DNA from: Candidatus Oxydemutatoraceae bacterium | GTDB taxonomy: Bacteria > Pseudomonadota > Gammaproteobacteria > Poriferisulfidales > Oxydemutatoraceae | Assembly: GCA_965219575.1 (NCBI GenBank) | Contig: OZ244779.1 | Location: 1,452,769-1,516,768 of the forward strand | Length of the DNA: 64,000 nucleotides | Direction of reading: 5' to 3' | Shown: positions 17,649 to 28,467 of the stretch, piece after piece | How positions within the stretch are numbered: position 1 is the first letter of the stretch | Layout of the letters: every line of letters begins with the position of its first letter | Position numbers and translations under genes: made by a program | Notes under the pieces: model-generated | What the model was told of the DNA's origin: nothing | The model's database searches: none | Seen by the model: only the letters and a program-made list of their open reading frames with translations

Positions 17649-18443
17649 TTAGTCCGCGCCTGCATCTTCGGCAAGTCTTTGCTGCAAATCATCGACATAA
17701 TTTTTGGTATTGCTTCCTAAGGTCACGCAATCTACACCGACGGTAATCAATGTGGCACCTCTTTTTATCCACGGCACGACTGCGTCTACATTCATACCGA
17801 AAAATCCCAAGATTTTATTGTTCGATAAGCAGCTACGACAAATCGTGTCCATTGCATCTTGTATTTCCACATCGTCTATCATGCCTGCTTTGCCGTAACT
17901 GGCCGATAAATCGTAAGGCCCTATCAAAATTCCGTCAACGCCTTCTACCGATGCAATCGCTTCGATTTCGGAAACCGCGTCTTTGTGTTCGGCTTGTACG
18001 ATTATGACGGTTTCTTCGGCAGCGGATTCTAGATAATCCTTAAACTCAAATCCGTAGCGATGGGCACGTGCAAGACCTACGCCGCGTGTGCCGGCAGGTG
18101 GATAGCGACACCACGAGACGATGTCTTGTGCAACCTGTGCATTATTCACTTGCGGCACGATAATCCCGGCAGCCCCTATATCCAGAGCATTTCTTATTGC
18201 AATTTGTTCGGCGTGCGAGACTCTGACCAAAGCGGGAATGTTGGCTGCTTGCAAGAGGTTTTGCAGATCATCGATGCCGAGTGCACCGTGTTCGCCGTCT
18301 ATGAAAAGCCAATCCAGGCCGGCTTCGGATAACAATTCCGTGACTTGTGGTGCATTGATGGTTACCATCGTGCTATTGAGGAAGTCGCCGTTGCGTAGCC
18401 GTTTGGCGAAGGTTTGATTTTGTTGCCGTATGCCTATAACCAT
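17649..18443 (-). CDS. HpcH/HpaI-family class II aldolase (GarL/RhmA-like)
   Basis: DWLFIDGEHG, RYPPAGTRG, IVQAE and IGPYDLS motifs. Confidence 0.9.
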   Translation of the reverse strand: MVIGIRQQNQTFAKRLRNGDFLNSTMVTINAPQVTELLSEAGLDWLFIDGEHGALGIDDLQNLLQAANIPALVRVSHAEQIAIRNALDIGAAGIIVPQVNNAQVAQDIVSWCRYPPAGTRGVGLARAHRYGFEFKDYLESAAEETVIIVQAEHKDAVSEIEAIASVEGVDGILIGPYDLSASYGKAGMIDDVEIQDAMDTICRSCLSNNKILGFFGMNVDAVVPWIKRGATLITVGVDCVTLGSNTKNYVDDLQQRLAEDAGAD

Positions 18444-18499
18444 CTGCTTGATGAGTGATTTGTATTCAGGTTGATAGGCTTCAATTCCTTAGTGTGCAA

Positions 18500-18715
18500 T
18501 CATAAAAATTTAATCATTAAGCCCACGGCTGCAATTATTATTGCAACAGCACCATAGATTTGTTTGATTAGTCTTGTCTCCAGTTGCGCTATGACTGCAT
18601 CGATATATTCTTTCGTCGCTACATCATCCATTCTGTTTATTTTTGTAGCAACTTCGTGTACCATACTATCGCTTATGCCAGGTATTTTTTTTAATGCCTC
18701 ATATACTATGTCCAT
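18500..18715 (-). CDS. Small coiled-coil protein with a C-terminal TM anchor (DUF1640/CCDC90-like)
   Basis: VATKEYID..LETRLIK followed by a hydrophobic tail; AAGGAG upstream. Confidence 0.7.
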   Translation of the reverse strand: MDIVYEALKKIPGISDSMVHEVATKINRMDDVATKEYIDAVIAQLETRLIKQIYGAVAIIIAAVGLMIKFL

Positions 18716-18774
18716 TATTTCATCTCCTTGCTGACAATCTGTATTATCTCACAAATTAATCGGATATCGGCTTT

Positions 18775-18804
18775 TTGAATTATGGCAATTTTATACCCTA
18801 TGAT
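18775..18804 (+). promoter_or_regulatory. Putative sigma70 promoter
   Basis: TTGAAT-N18-TATGAT. Confidence 0.45.
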
Positions 18805-18809
18805 ATATT

Positions 18810-18866
18810 AGGGAACATTGTATAAAGCTATCGGGGAGAGGGTTATGTAATCCTCTCCCTTTTTTT
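18810..18866 (+). ncRNA. Candidate ~56-nt small RNA or attenuated leader, copy 1
   Basis: Lies between a promoter-like sequence and a strong terminator, with no + strand gene upstream. Homologous to 34057-34113 (-). Confidence 0.45.
18834..18866 (+). terminator. Intrinsic terminator-like hairpin
   Basis: GGGAGAGGGTT-ATGT-AATCCTCTCCC followed by T7. Confidence 0.7.
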
Positions 18867-18898
18867 ACCGATATTATAAATTAAATAAGGAGTGGAAA

Positions 18899-19141
18899 AT
18901 GTTGACAAAATTTATACGAGAACTTTTTGAACCTTTAATAGAAGGGGTTCTTTGGCTATCTTTGTTGGGTGCTTTTATAGCAGGAGCGTATGCGAATGGA
19001 GTCCCGGGCGTTTTAGTCGCTCTTTTAACTTGGCTGCTCATGTCAATCCTTTTTATAGGACTTGCTTTGATTATCGTTGATATAAGAAACATCGTTAAAA
19101 AGATCGAAGAGCGTCAGTCCCATAGAGAGGCTGAAAACTAG
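18899..19141 (+). CDS. Small two-TM hypothetical membrane protein
   Basis: AAGGAG SD, two hydrophobic segments and a C-terminal DIRNIVKKIE. Confidence 0.75.
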   Translation: MLTKFIRELFEPLIEGVLWLSLLGAFIAGAYANGVPGVLVALLTWLLMSILFIGLALIIVDIRNIVKKIEERQSHREAEN

Positions 19142-19164
19142 TTCGGCAGCTACATACTTTAAGA

Positions 19165-19314
19165 AACTTGTGCAGATACGCCACGACCACCCCGTCAGGC
19201 TTTGCCTGCCACCCCTCCAAAGGAGGGGAATGTACCGACACTGTACCTTGTGCAGACACTTGATAACCACCCAGTCAGACTGCGCCTGCCACCCCTCCAC
19301 AGGAAGGAAATAGA
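19165..19314 (-). repeat. Two tandem ~80-bp family II repeat units
   Basis: TTGTGCAGA...ACCACCC(C/A)GTCAG..GCCTGCCACCCCTCCA..GGA occurs twice; the second unit abuts the accA ATG. Confidence 0.85.
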
Positions 19315-20271
19315 ATGAACGGTTATCTTGACTTTGAACAGCCCGTTATTCAATTAGAGGCAAAAATCGAAGAACTGCAGAATGTAAGCGGTCATAACCG
19401 ATTGGATATTACACAGGAGATAAAGCAGTTAGAAGAGAAACGTAATAAACTGGTCAAAAGTATTTATACGGAGCTCAGTCCGTGGCAGATTACCCAACTC
19501 GCCCGTCATCAACAGCGTCCATATACCCTAGATTATATACAGGCGTTATTCACCGATTTTGAGGAATTGCACGGCGATCGGCATTATGCCGACGATGCCG
19601 CTATCGTCGCCGGTGTTGCACGTTTTGAGAAGCACTCGGTGGTTGTCATAGGTCATCAGAAAGGGCGAGATACTCAAGAGAAAGTCAGGCGTAATTTCGG
19701 TATGTGCAAACCCGAAGGTTATCGCAAAGCCAAGCGTATGTTTGAACTTGCCGAACGATTTAGACTGCCGGTATTGACTTTTATAGATACGCCCGGTGCC
19801 TATCCCGGCATAGATGCCGAGGAGCGCAACCAAAGCGAGGCGATTGCTGCGAATTTGAAATCTCTGGCACAGTTGGAAGTGCCGGTGATCTGCACGATTA
19901 TCGGCGAAGGTGGTTCGGGCGGGGCATTAGCAATAGGTGTCGGAGATTATTTGATTATGTTGCAGTATAGCATTTATTCGGTGATCTCACCGGAAGGCTG
20001 CGCGTCTATATTGTGGAAGGATGCCAAACATGCCGACACCGCCGCTAGGGCACTAAAATTAACTGCCGACGAATTATACGAGCTAGGTCTGATCGACGAA
20101 ATCGTAGCCGAAGCAAACGGTGGTGCGCATCGCAGTTTCGATAGCGCATATAACGAATTGGCATCGGTTTTGAAATCACAAATTAGTCGGCTCACCCACC
20201 TATCTACCAAACAACTATTGGCAAAACGATACAAGAAGTGGGCCGATATCGGATACTTCACAGATGTCTGA
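19315..20271 (+). CDS. accA: Acetyl-CoA carboxylase carboxyltransferase alpha
   Basis: [26 protein letters not shown]. Confidence 0.97.
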   Translation: MNGYLDFEQPVIQLEAKIEELQNVSGHNRLDITQEIKQLEEKRNKLVKSIYTELSPWQITQLARHQQRPYTLDYIQALFTDFEELHGDRHYADDAAIVAGVARFEKHSVVVIGHQKGRDTQEKVRRNFGMCKPEGYRKAKRMFELAERFRLPVLTFIDTPGAYPGIDAEERNQSEAIAANLKSLAQLEVPVICTIIGEGGSGGALAIGVGDYLIMLQYSIYSVISPEGCASILWKDAKHADTAARALKLTADELYELGLIDEIVAEANGGAHRSFDSAYNELASVLKSQISRLTHLSTKQLLAKRYKKWADIGYFTDV

Positions 20272-21571
20272 TATCGACCGCAAGATAGTTTCAAAAGTAC
20301 AAGACCAGCTTCAACAATTTTTAGACCACGGCAACGGTGAGCGTATCGTCGTTGCATACAGCGGTGGATTGGACTCTACCGTGTTGTTGCATTTAACACG
20401 GAGTCTATCGGCAAAACTGCACTGCGAGTTATTGGCGGCACATATCAATCATCGTTTGCATCCCGAAGCCGATGGTTGGGAGGTACACTGCCGCAGACAA
20501 GCAGCACGCATGGGCATTGCGTATCGAAGCGAGGTAGCGCGGGTCACCGATAAACATCCACAGGGCGTAGAGGCGGCAGCTCGTGAGTTGCGTTATAGTG
20601 CATTGCAGGGCATGATGCAAGCGGGCGATGTATTGCTGACCGCACACCATCAAAACGACCAAGCCGAGACCGTGCTATTGCGTTTGTTGCGCGGTGCCGG
20701 CACTACCGGCCTTAAAGCAATTCCGGAATATCGTGCTTTGCCGGAAGGTGTACTGGTGCGACCGATGTTATCCGTACCTCGCGCCGACATTCGCCGCTAT
20801 GCACAAGTGCATCGATTAAACTGGCTGGACGACCCCGGCAACGAGGACTTGCGCTATGCTCGCAACTACATAAGGCACCGTATTGCGCCTATACTGGAAG
20901 CACGTTGGCCGACATGGCAGCGGACTATCGCAAGGGCTGCGACACATCAAGGCGATGCCGATACGATAATTACTAACGAGATAAAACGATATCTTTATCG
21001 CTGTTTGCTACCGAACAGTTTGAATTTACTGCTCAGAGCTTTGCTGGCACTACCTACTGCGTACCGTCATTCGGTATTGCGCGCATGGTGCAAGTTGAAC
21101 GATATACCGCTACCCGACACGCGCCAACTCAGATATATTTGCGATATGGTTTCCGAACATATATTGAGGCGAAATACTTCGGGTGGTGGTATGATATGCA
21201 CTTACTCGGGTATCGGCATCGGTTTTTATCACGGTATATTGTATGCAGTCAAACCGTTGAAGTATGTTCCGATTTCATCGACAGAATGGCATAACGATAA
21301 AGATTGTGAAATACCGCAACTAAACTTGATATTACGCAGGACCGAATTAATGCGACAAGCCCCTGTTCTTTTCGATCAAGCACTCACCGTCGATTTTCGC
21401 CGCGGCGGTGAACGTTGTGCTTTTCAGGATACATCCAACCGCCTTTTTCATAAAAGCCTAAAAAAAGTTTTTCAGGAATACCGTGTTCCTACATGGCAAA
21501 GAAGCCGTATACCCTTAATTTATGCACAGGGTAGACTGCGGCTGATATGGAACATCACGGCGTGCGATTGA
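20264..21571 (+). CDS. tilS: tRNA(Ile)-lysidine synthase
   Basis: [10 protein letters not shown]-loop, [17 protein letters not shown]; follows accA. Confidence 0.95.
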   Translation: MSDIDRKIVSKVQDQLQQFLDHGNGERIVVAYSGGLDSTVLLHLTRSLSAKLHCELLAAHINHRLHPEADGWEVHCRRQAARMGIAYRSEVARVTDKHPQGVEAAARELRYSALQGMMQAGDVLLTAHHQNDQAETVLLRLLRGAGTTGLKAIPEYRALPEGVLVRPMLSVPRADIRRYAQVHRLNWLDDPGNEDLRYARNYIRHRIAPILEARWPTWQRTIARAATHQGDADTIITNEIKRYLYRCLLPNSLNLLLRALLALPTAYRHSVLRAWCKLNDIPLPDTRQLRYICDMVSEHILRRNTSGGGMICTYSGIGIGFYHGILYAVKPLKYVPISSTEWHNDKDCEIPQLNLILRRTELMRQAPVLFDQALTVDFRRGGERCAFQDTSNRLFHKSLKKVFQEYRVPTWQRSRIPLIYAQGRLRLIWNITACD

Positions 21572-21572
21572 A

Positions 21573-23210
21573 ATGAACTATATATTCGTCACCGGCGGCG
21601 TTGTTTCGTCTTTGGGTAAGGGCATTGCGAGTGCTTGCATAGGAACGATACTCGAGGCACGCGGTTTTAAGTTGAGTTTGATCAAGCTCGACCCCTATAT
21701 TAATGTAGACCCCGGTACGATGAGTCCGTTTCAACACGGTGAGGTTTATGTAACCGCGGACGGCAGCGAAACCGATTTGGATATCGGTCATTACGAGCGT
21801 TTTGTAAATTTCCGCGCTACACAACACCATAATTACACCACCGGTCAAATCTACGAGCGCGTTATTCGCAAGGAACGACAGGGTGCATATCTAGGCGCAA
21901 CCGTGCAGGTCATTCCGCACATCACCAACGAGATCAAAGCTGCAATCGAGGAGGGTTCGAAGGCGTGCGATATCGCCATAATTGAAATAGGCGGCACCGT
22001 GGGTGATATAGAGTCTTTGCCGTTCCTGGAAGCGATCAGGCAGATGGGACTGGAGGAGCAAAATCAGGTGATCTATGTGCATCTAACATTGGTTCCTCAT
22101 TTGAAGACGAGTGCCGAGATCAAGACCAAACCGACTCAACACTCGGTCAAGGAATTACGCTCGATCGGGATACAACCCGATATTTTATTATGCCGTTCGC
22201 ATCGCGAGATTCCTCTGGAGCATAGAAAGAAAATAGCCTTGTTCGCCAATGTGCGCGTAGAGGATGTGATTTCGGCCATAGACTTCGATAGTATCTACAG
22301 TATTCCGCTGTGGTTTCATCGGCAAAAGATAGATGATTTGATTGTCTCGAAGCTGGGCTTAGGCAATGTACCGTCTGCCGATTTGAGCGACTGGGAACGT
22401 ATAGATGAGAGCTACAACACACCCAAACACTCGGTTAAAATTGCGCTTGTCGGCAAATATGCTAGTCTGATGGACGCTTATATGTCGGTCAACGAAGCCT
22501 TAGTCCACGCCGGCTTTGCATTGCAATGCGATGTAAAAATCGTCCATATAGACACCGAAGACATGCAGGAAGATTGCAAACTATTAGACGATGTCGACGG
22601 TATTCTGGTTCCGGGTGGTTTCGGTGAGCGAGGCATAGAAAGCAAGATTTCCGCAGCGCGCTATGCGCGTGAACACAAGATCCCGTATTTAGGAATTTGT
22701 CTGGGAATGCAAGTCGCAGTGATTGAATTTGCGCGTAATGTTGCGCAGCTCGCCGGTGCGGATAGTTCGGAATTCAATCCCGACACGCCCCATCCGGTCA
22801 TTGCTTTGGTTACCGAATGGCAAGATAGACAAGGCACGATACAGCAACGCAATGCCGATTCCGATATGGGTGGCACGATGCGCTTGGGAATACAGAGATG
22901 TCGGCTGGATAAAAACTCCAAGAGCTATCGACAATACCGACAAGATGTTATAGAGGAGCGACACCGACATCGCTACGAACTGAATAATCGCTATTTAGAT
23001 CGGCTACGCACGGCGGGACTACAAGTTGTAGGACATTCGGACGATAAAGAATTGGTGGAGATCGTTGAATTACCCGACCATCCGTGGTTTGTCGGCACGC
23101 AATTTCATCCCGAGTTTACTTCTACGCCGCGCCGAGCAAACCCGATATACAGAGGGTTTGTGGAAGCGGCAAACGACTATCGCCGATCAAAAAACTTTTC
23201 CGAGCAATGA
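21573..23210 (+). CDS. pyrG: CTP synthase
   Basis: [28 protein letters not shown]. Confidence 0.98.
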   Translation: MNYIFVTGGVVSSLGKGIASACIGTILEARGFKLSLIKLDPYINVDPGTMSPFQHGEVYVTADGSETDLDIGHYERFVNFRATQHHNYTTGQIYERVIRKERQGAYLGATVQVIPHITNEIKAAIEEGSKACDIAIIEIGGTVGDIESLPFLEAIRQMGLEEQNQVIYVHLTLVPHLKTSAEIKTKPTQHSVKELRSIGIQPDILLCRSHREIPLEHRKKIALFANVRVEDVISAIDFDSIYSIPLWFHRQKIDDLIVSKLGLGNVPSADLSDWERIDESYNTPKHSVKIALVGKYASLMDAYMSVNEALVHAGFALQCDVKIVHIDTEDMQEDCKLLDDVDGILVPGGFGERGIESKISAARYAREHKIPYLGICLGMQVAVIEFARNVAQLAGADSSEFNPDTPHPVIALVTEWQDRQGTIQQRNADSDMGGTMRLGIQRCRLDKNSKSYRQYRQDVIEERHRHRYELNNRYLDRLRTAGLQVVGHSDDKELVEIVELPDHPWFVGTQFHPEFTSTPRRANPIYRGFVEAANDYRRSKNFSEQ

Positions 23211-24034
23211 ATGTCTGTGGTTTCGAGATGGCATCCGATCAACCCTTCGTGTTGATATCCGGGCCTTGCGTGATAGAGAACGAGACTTTAGCGTTGCATA
23301 GCGCACAAACACTTAAAGCGTATAGCGATGGGTTGAATATCCCCTTTATTTATAAGTCCTCTTTCGACAAAGCAAATCGCTCATCGCATCGGAGCTTCCG
23401 TGGTCCGGGTATCGCACAAGGTCTGCGTATTTTGGAAAAAGTCAAAACCGATATCGGCGTGCCGGTATTAAGCGATGTGCACGAAGATACACCGTTGGAC
23501 GAGGTTGCCTCGGTAGTCGATGTCTTGCAAACTCCCGCTTTTTTATGCAGACAAACCAATTTCATACAGAATGTTGCTAAAATGGGCAAGCCGGTTAATA
23601 TCAAAAAAGGGCAATTTTTATCACCTTGGGAGATGCGGCATGTCGTGGAAAAAGCTCGCGCAACCGGTAACGAGCAGTTGATGGTGTGCGAAAGAGGATT
23701 CAGCTTCGGCTACAATAATCTGGTATCGGATATGCGCTCTTTGGTTATTTTGAGGGAAACCCGATGTCCGGTGGTCTTCGATGCCACACACTCCGTACAG
23801 TTGCCCGGTGGTCGAGGTAATGCCTCGGGCGGTAATCGGGAATTTGTTCCGGCACTTGCTCGCGCAGCGGTCGCCGTAGGCGTTGCCGGTTTATTTGCCG
23901 AGACACACCCGAATCCCGACCACGCCTTAAGCGACGGACCGAACGCTTGGCCGCTGGACGAGATGCACTCGTTGTTGCAAGAATTAAAGCAGATAGACGA
24001 AGTAGTGAAAGAAAAAACGATGAATAACAAATAG
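23207..24034 (+). CDS. kdsA: KDO8P synthase
   Basis: [25 protein letters not shown]. The ATG at 23207 overlaps the pyrG stop. Confidence 0.97.
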   Translation: MNVCGFEMASDQPFVLISGPCVIENETLALHSAQTLKAYSDGLNIPFIYKSSFDKANRSSHRSFRGPGIAQGLRILEKVKTDIGVPVLSDVHEDTPLDEVASVVDVLQTPAFLCRQTNFIQNVAKMGKPVNIKKGQFLSPWEMRHVVEKARATGNEQLMVCERGFSFGYNNLVSDMRSLVILRETRCPVVFDATHSVQLPGGRGNASGGNREFVPALARAAVAVGVAGLFAETHPNPDHALSDGPNAWPLDEMHSLLQELKQIDEVVKEKTMNNK

Positions 24035-24047
24035 ATAAGGTGAATAT

Positions 24048-25352
24048 ATGAAAAATAATATAACACAAATACGCGGGCGTGAGATTATAGATTCTCGCGG
24101 TAATCCTACCGTTGAGGCGGAAGTCACAATTGAATCGGGCATCTGCGGGCGAGCATCGGTGCCGTCCGGCGCATCTACCGGCACTTTGGAAGCCGTCGAG
24201 CTACGAGACAACGATGGCGCACGTTTTCACGGCAAAGGCGTGCAGAATGCAGTGAGCAACATCAACGGCGAAATCCAACAGGCATTGCTCGGTATCGATG
24301 TGACCGAGCAGGCACATTTAGATCATGCAATGATCGACCTAGATGGAACTAAAAACAAGGCGCGTTTGGGTGCTAACGCAATTCTCGCGGTTTCGTTGGC
24401 GGTTGCGATTGCCGCAGCACGAGCGAATGCGTGTCTTTTATACGAATATCTGAACGGCCTGCAAGAAAATGCCGTATTGCGGCTTCCCACGCCGATGATC
24501 AATATCTTAAACGGTGGTTCTCATGCGAATAATAATGTTGATATACAAGAGTTTATGCTGGTGCCGACCGGTGTCGAGAGCATCAAGGAGGCGGTTCGAG
24601 TAGGTTCGGAGGTATTTCATTCCTTAAAGGCGGTGCTGAGCCGTCGCAAATTGAGCACCACGGTCGGAGACGAAGGGGGATTTGCACCGAATCTTTCGTC
24701 GAACGAAGCAGCGATAGAAGTCATTCTGGAAGCGATAGAACATACACAATATACCGCAGGCAAAGATATTTATCTGGCACTTGATGTGGCAAGTTCGGAG
24801 TTTTACTCGTCGGGCAGGTATCATTTGGCATCGGAGAATCGTGCGTATGAGAGTTCCGATTTCGTTGAATACTTATCCGATTGGGTTGCCCGCTATCCGA
24901 TCCTTTCTATAGAAGACGGTATTGCCGAAGACGACTGGGCAGGTTGGCGTATCATGACCGAAAGGCTCGGCGATAAAATACAGATCGTAGGAGACGATTT
25001 ATTCGTCACCAATGTCGATATTATTGCCGAGGGCATAAAGCAAGGGGTTGCAAATTGCGTGTTAATCAAACTCAATCAAATCGGCACGCTCAGCGAGACA
25101 TTGGCGGCGATTGATATGGCACAAAAAGCGAATTATAACTGCATTATCTCGCATCGCTCCGGCGAAACCGAAGATGCCAGTATTGCCGATTTGGCGGTCG
25201 GTATCGGAGTAGGGCAGATAAAAACCGGCTCTATCTGTCGCACCGACAGGGTTGCTAAATATAACCAACTGATGCGCATAGAAGAGGCACTAGGCGAGCG
25301 GGCTGCTTATGCAAAGACCGACCTATTCAAGCGTTTTAGTGCCTTGTCTTGA
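24048..25352 (+). CDS. eno: Enolase
   Basis: [26 protein letters not shown]. Confidence 0.98.
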   Translation: MKNNITQIRGREIIDSRGNPTVEAEVTIESGICGRASVPSGASTGTLEAVELRDNDGARFHGKGVQNAVSNINGEIQQALLGIDVTEQAHLDHAMIDLDGTKNKARLGANAILAVSLAVAIAAARANACLLYEYLNGLQENAVLRLPTPMINILNGGSHANNNVDIQEFMLVPTGVESIKEAVRVGSEVFHSLKAVLSRRKLSTTVGDEGGFAPNLSSNEAAIEVILEAIEHTQYTAGKDIYLALDVASSEFYSSGRYHLASENRAYESSDFVEYLSDWVARYPILSIEDGIAEDDWAGWRIMTERLGDKIQIVGDDLFVTNVDIIAEGIKQGVANCVLIKLNQIGTLSETLAAIDMAQKANYNCIISHRSGETEDASIADLAVGIGVGQIKTGSICRTDRVAKYNQLMRIEEALGERAAYAKTDLFKRFSALS

Positions 25353-25362
25353 TTACGGATAA

Positions 25363-25974
25363 ATGGCAATTTCACCCATCTCGGATATTATAGAGGAATT
25401 ACGAAACGGTCGTATCGTCATTATCGTCGATGACGAAAAACGGGAAAACGAGGGTGATTTGATGGTTGCGGCGGAGATCGTCACTGCCGAGCATATCAAT
25501 TTTATGGCCAAATACGGGCGCGGGTTGATTTGCCTCACCCTGACACCCGAGCGATGCCGACACCTGCAATTACCATTGATGGTGAGCGATACGAATAGTA
25601 AATTGGCAACTAATTTTACGGTTTCCGTCGATGCACGAGCGGGGGTGAGTACCGGAATTTCAACCCGAGACCGCGCACATACGGTTAGGGTGGCAGTCTC
25701 TCCCGACAGCAGTGCCGACGATTTAATCAGGCCGGGACATATCTTCCCGCTGATGGCACAACCGAACGGTGTCTTAACCCGTGCCGGTCATACCGAAAGT
25801 GGTTGTGACCTTGCACGGCTGGCAGGTTTTGAACCTGCTGCCGTCATCGTTGAAATACTCAACGACGACGGTTCTATGGCACGTTTATCCGACTTGGAAC
25901 ACTTTGCCGCTCGGCATCGCTTAAAGATCGGAACGGTTGACGATTTAGTTAAACACCAACTTTCGAGGACTTAA
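25363..25974 (+). CDS. ribB: 3,4-dihydroxy-2-butanone-4-phosphate synthase
   Basis: [24 protein letters not shown]. Confidence 0.95.
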   Translation: MAISPISDIIEELRNGRIVIIVDDEKRENEGDLMVAAEIVTAEHINFMAKYGRGLICLTLTPERCRHLQLPLMVSDTNSKLATNFTVSVDARAGVSTGISTRDRAHTVRVAVSPDSSADDLIRPGHIFPLMAQPNGVLTRAGHTESGCDLARLAGFEPAAVIVEILNDDGSMARLSDLEHFAARHRLKIGTVDDLVKHQLSRT

Positions 25975-25976
25975 CC

Positions 25977-26519
25977 ATGCAAATAAATCATTTACAAATT
26001 AACGAATTGGATGCCGAAGGGGAACGTTACGGTATCGTCGCTGCACCCTATTATCATCAAAAAGCCGTCGATTCTATGATAACGAGTGCTATCGAAACTT
26101 TTGATATATACCACGCGAGTGCGGTAGATATTTGGTATGTGCCGGGAGCTTTTGAGATTCCCGTAGCCGCACAGCAAATGGCTTTGACCGGTGGATACGA
26201 TGCACTTCTGGCACTCGGGTGTGTGATACGGGGTGAGACCAAACACTTTGACTTAATCACCGATACCTGTAGCCGTGGTATTATGCAAATCATGCTGGAG
26301 ACGAAAGTACCTATTACCTTAGGTATTTTGGCGGTAGACAATATCGCACAAGCCGATGCGCGCACTGAACCGGGCAGTAAAATGAACCAAGGCAGATTAT
26401 ATGCACTGACTGCGTTGGAAATGGCAAAAATATTTTCCCTGATGGGTGAATTTACCGAAGATAGGCTTGCCGACCAGTTGAATTTATTGAAAAAAGCGGG
26501 TTTACTGAGCGATAAATAA
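25977..26519 (+). CDS. ribH: Lumazine synthase
   Basis: VPGAFEIP, LGCVIRGETKHFD; precedes nusB. Confidence 0.92.
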   Translation: MQINHLQINELDAEGERYGIVAAPYYHQKAVDSMITSAIETFDIYHASAVDIWYVPGAFEIPVAAQQMALTGGYDALLALGCVIRGETKHFDLITDTCSRGIMQIMLETKVPITLGILAVDNIAQADARTEPGSKMNQGRLYALTALEMAKIFSLMGEFTEDRLADQLNLLKKAGLLSDK

Positions 26520-26521
26520 CT

Positions 26522-26944
26522 ATGGATGCATCGCATATTTTTTATGCGCGTAGTAAGGCGCGTAGGCTCGCCATGCAGGCAGCGTATCAATGGCAAATTG
26601 CCGGTCAGGATATCGACGAAATCATAGAACAATTTGTATCCGAAGAAGGCTATGATCAAGTTGACGATGTACATTTTAGAACGCTATTACAAGCAGCTAC
26701 TTCGAAGTCTTTAGATAAAAAATTAGAAGAATGTATGACACAGAGTATGAAGGAAGTCGATACGATTGAACATTTTATTTTACGCACCGCCGCACACGAG
26801 ATAGCTTGTATTGCCGAAATCGATTCTGCAGTGGCTATCAATGAAGCAGTGCAGATTGCCAAGAAATTCGGCGGTTCCGGGAGCTATCGCTTTGTCAACG
26901 GAGTGCTCGATTGCTTTGCCAAAAAATATGCACTAATCGATTGA
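26522..26944 (+). CDS. nusB: Transcription antitermination factor NusB
   Basis: RSKARRLAMQAAYQW, INEAVQIAKKFG, FVNGVLD. Confidence 0.93.
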   Translation: MDASHIFYARSKARRLAMQAAYQWQIAGQDIDEIIEQFVSEEGYDQVDDVHFRTLLQAATSKSLDKKLEECMTQSMKEVDTIEHFILRTAAHEIACIAEIDSAVAINEAVQIAKKFGGSGSYRFVNGVLDCFAKKYALID

Positions 26945-26948
26945 GCTA

Positions 26949-27914
26949 ATGAGAGTATCACTAAGCGAAGAGCAGGTGATTGCTCGTTACTTCGACAAGT
27001 ATCAATCCGACCCGTATGTTACTTCGGGTATAGGCGACGATGCTGCAGTTATCAATCTATCGGGTGCGCATTTGGTGGTGAGTACCGACACACTCGTCGA
27101 AGGTACCCATTTTAAGGTGAATAGCGATGCAAGCCGGCTGGGGCATAAAGCGTTGGCAGTCAATCTGAGCGATCTAGCGGCGATGGGAGCTAGACCGCGC
27201 TGGGCTTTGCTTGCGTTGACGATACCGAATGCCGATTCGGGTTGGCTGGAGGATTTTAGCGATGGTTTTTTTCGCTTGGCAAACCGACACGGTGTCAGTT
27301 TAATCGGAGGTGATACGACGCGTGGGCCGTTGACGATAACCGTTCAATTAATCGGTACCTTAGACGAGGCGCAGGGTCTATACCGCAATACCGCGCAGGT
27401 CGGCGACGGTATCTATGTGACCGGTCGGATTGCAGAGACCGCACTGATAATGCTACATGAAGATACTCTGAAAGCATATCCGCAAAGCCATATTCAATGC
27501 TTAAAACGAATGCAACAACCTACTCCCAGAGTGCCGGAAGGTCTTCTGCTGGCTTGCCATGCGACGGCGGCGATCGATATATCGGACGGCCTATTCAAAG
27601 ATCTATCACGCATCCTGTCGGCTAGCGGCGTGGGTGCCGGGGTAGATGTGGACGATATACCGACGATACCCGAGATTGAGCAGTGCTGTTCTACTTTAGA
27701 ATCACTTCTTAATGCATTGAGTTACGGAGAAGATTATGAATTATTATTCACCTTAAATGACACACGCTTTGACGCACTTAAGCCGGCATTCGGTGAATTG
27801 GGAACACCCATTACCCGCATAGGCACTATTGAAAAGGAACAGGGTTTGCGATGTTATCGGCACTCAAAACCCGTTGAATTACCGCAATGTTTGGGTTATG
27901 ACCATTTTGTCTGA
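26949..27914 (+). CDS. thiL: Thiamine-monophosphate kinase
   Basis: GIGDDAA, NLSDLAAMGA, DISDGL, GEDYEL. Confidence 0.95.
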   Translation: MRVSLSEEQVIARYFDKYQSDPYVTSGIGDDAAVINLSGAHLVVSTDTLVEGTHFKVNSDASRLGHKALAVNLSDLAAMGARPRWALLALTIPNADSGWLEDFSDGFFRLANRHGVSLIGGDTTRGPLTITVQLIGTLDEAQGLYRNTAQVGDGIYVTGRIAETALIMLHEDTLKAYPQSHIQCLKRMQQPTPRVPEGLLLACHATAAIDISDGLFKDLSRILSASGVGAGVDVDDIPTIPEIEQCCSTLESLLNALSYGEDYELLFTLNDTRFDALKPAFGELGTPITRIGTIEKEQGLRCYRHSKPVELPQCLGYDHFV

Positions 27915-28422
27915 ACAGCAGTCGGCACAACCGAATTGGAGGTGGCTGATCAATCCGATACATTGCCTATCATTAGGCTTGGGATGCGGCTTGTCGCCGC
28001 TGGCACCCGGCACGGTAGGAACCTTACTGGGTGTAGCAATCTATTTACTGATTATGGATGTCGGTGTATTGTTCTATTTATCGATCGTACTCGTAATAAT
28101 CGGCATCGCAACGGCGGTTGCCGAATATACCAGCGAAGCCTTGGGTGGAGTAGATCATCGCGCCATTGTCATTGACGAAATCGCAGGTTTTTTGATAGCA
28201 TGCATCAGCTTACCGGCGGATTGGATCTATTTGCTGTTAGCCTTTGTATTATTCCGCATTTTCGATATAGCGAAGCCGTGGCCGATTGATTTCATAGACC
28301 GGCGAATCGGGGGTGGAGTCGGAATTATCGGCGATGATTTAATGGCAGGATTGTATACACTGCTTTGTATTCAGTTATTAGCCCTTATAATATCCGTTGT
28401 TAATATATACCTTGCCACCTAA
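27898..28422 (+). CDS. pgpA: Phosphatidylglycerophosphatase A (start uncertain)
   Basis: APGTVGT, IVIDEIAG, FRIFDIAKPWPI, DDLMAG. Confidence 0.93.
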   Translation: MTILSEQQSAQPNWRWLINPIHCLSLGLGCGLSPLAPGTVGTLLGVAIYLLIMDVGVLFYLSIVLVIIGIATAVAEYTSEALGGVDHRAIVIDEIAGFLIACISLPADWIYLLLAFVLFRIFDIAKPWPIDFIDRRIGGGVGIIGDDLMAGLYTLLCIQLLALIISVVNIYLAT

Positions 28423-28467
28423 TCTCTGCATGGTTACCATGACGGATGAATAAATAATTATAGTAAT

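Noticed and set aside
17372-17698. 109-codon N-terminal extension of ORF 16613..17698
   Set aside because: It is translated repeat DNA (RGGLACPP, LFQQP) overlapping the aldolase end and would bury the signal peptide.
18819-18826. Complementarity between the candidate sRNA core (TGTATAAA) and the MITE core (TTTATACA)
   Set aside because: Only 8 AT-rich nucleotides and imperfect for copy 2; consistent with chance.
26057-26674. 205-aa antisense ORF over ribH/nusB, and similar shadow ORFs across housekeeping genes
   Set aside because: They overlap well-supported genes and have no recognisable motifs.
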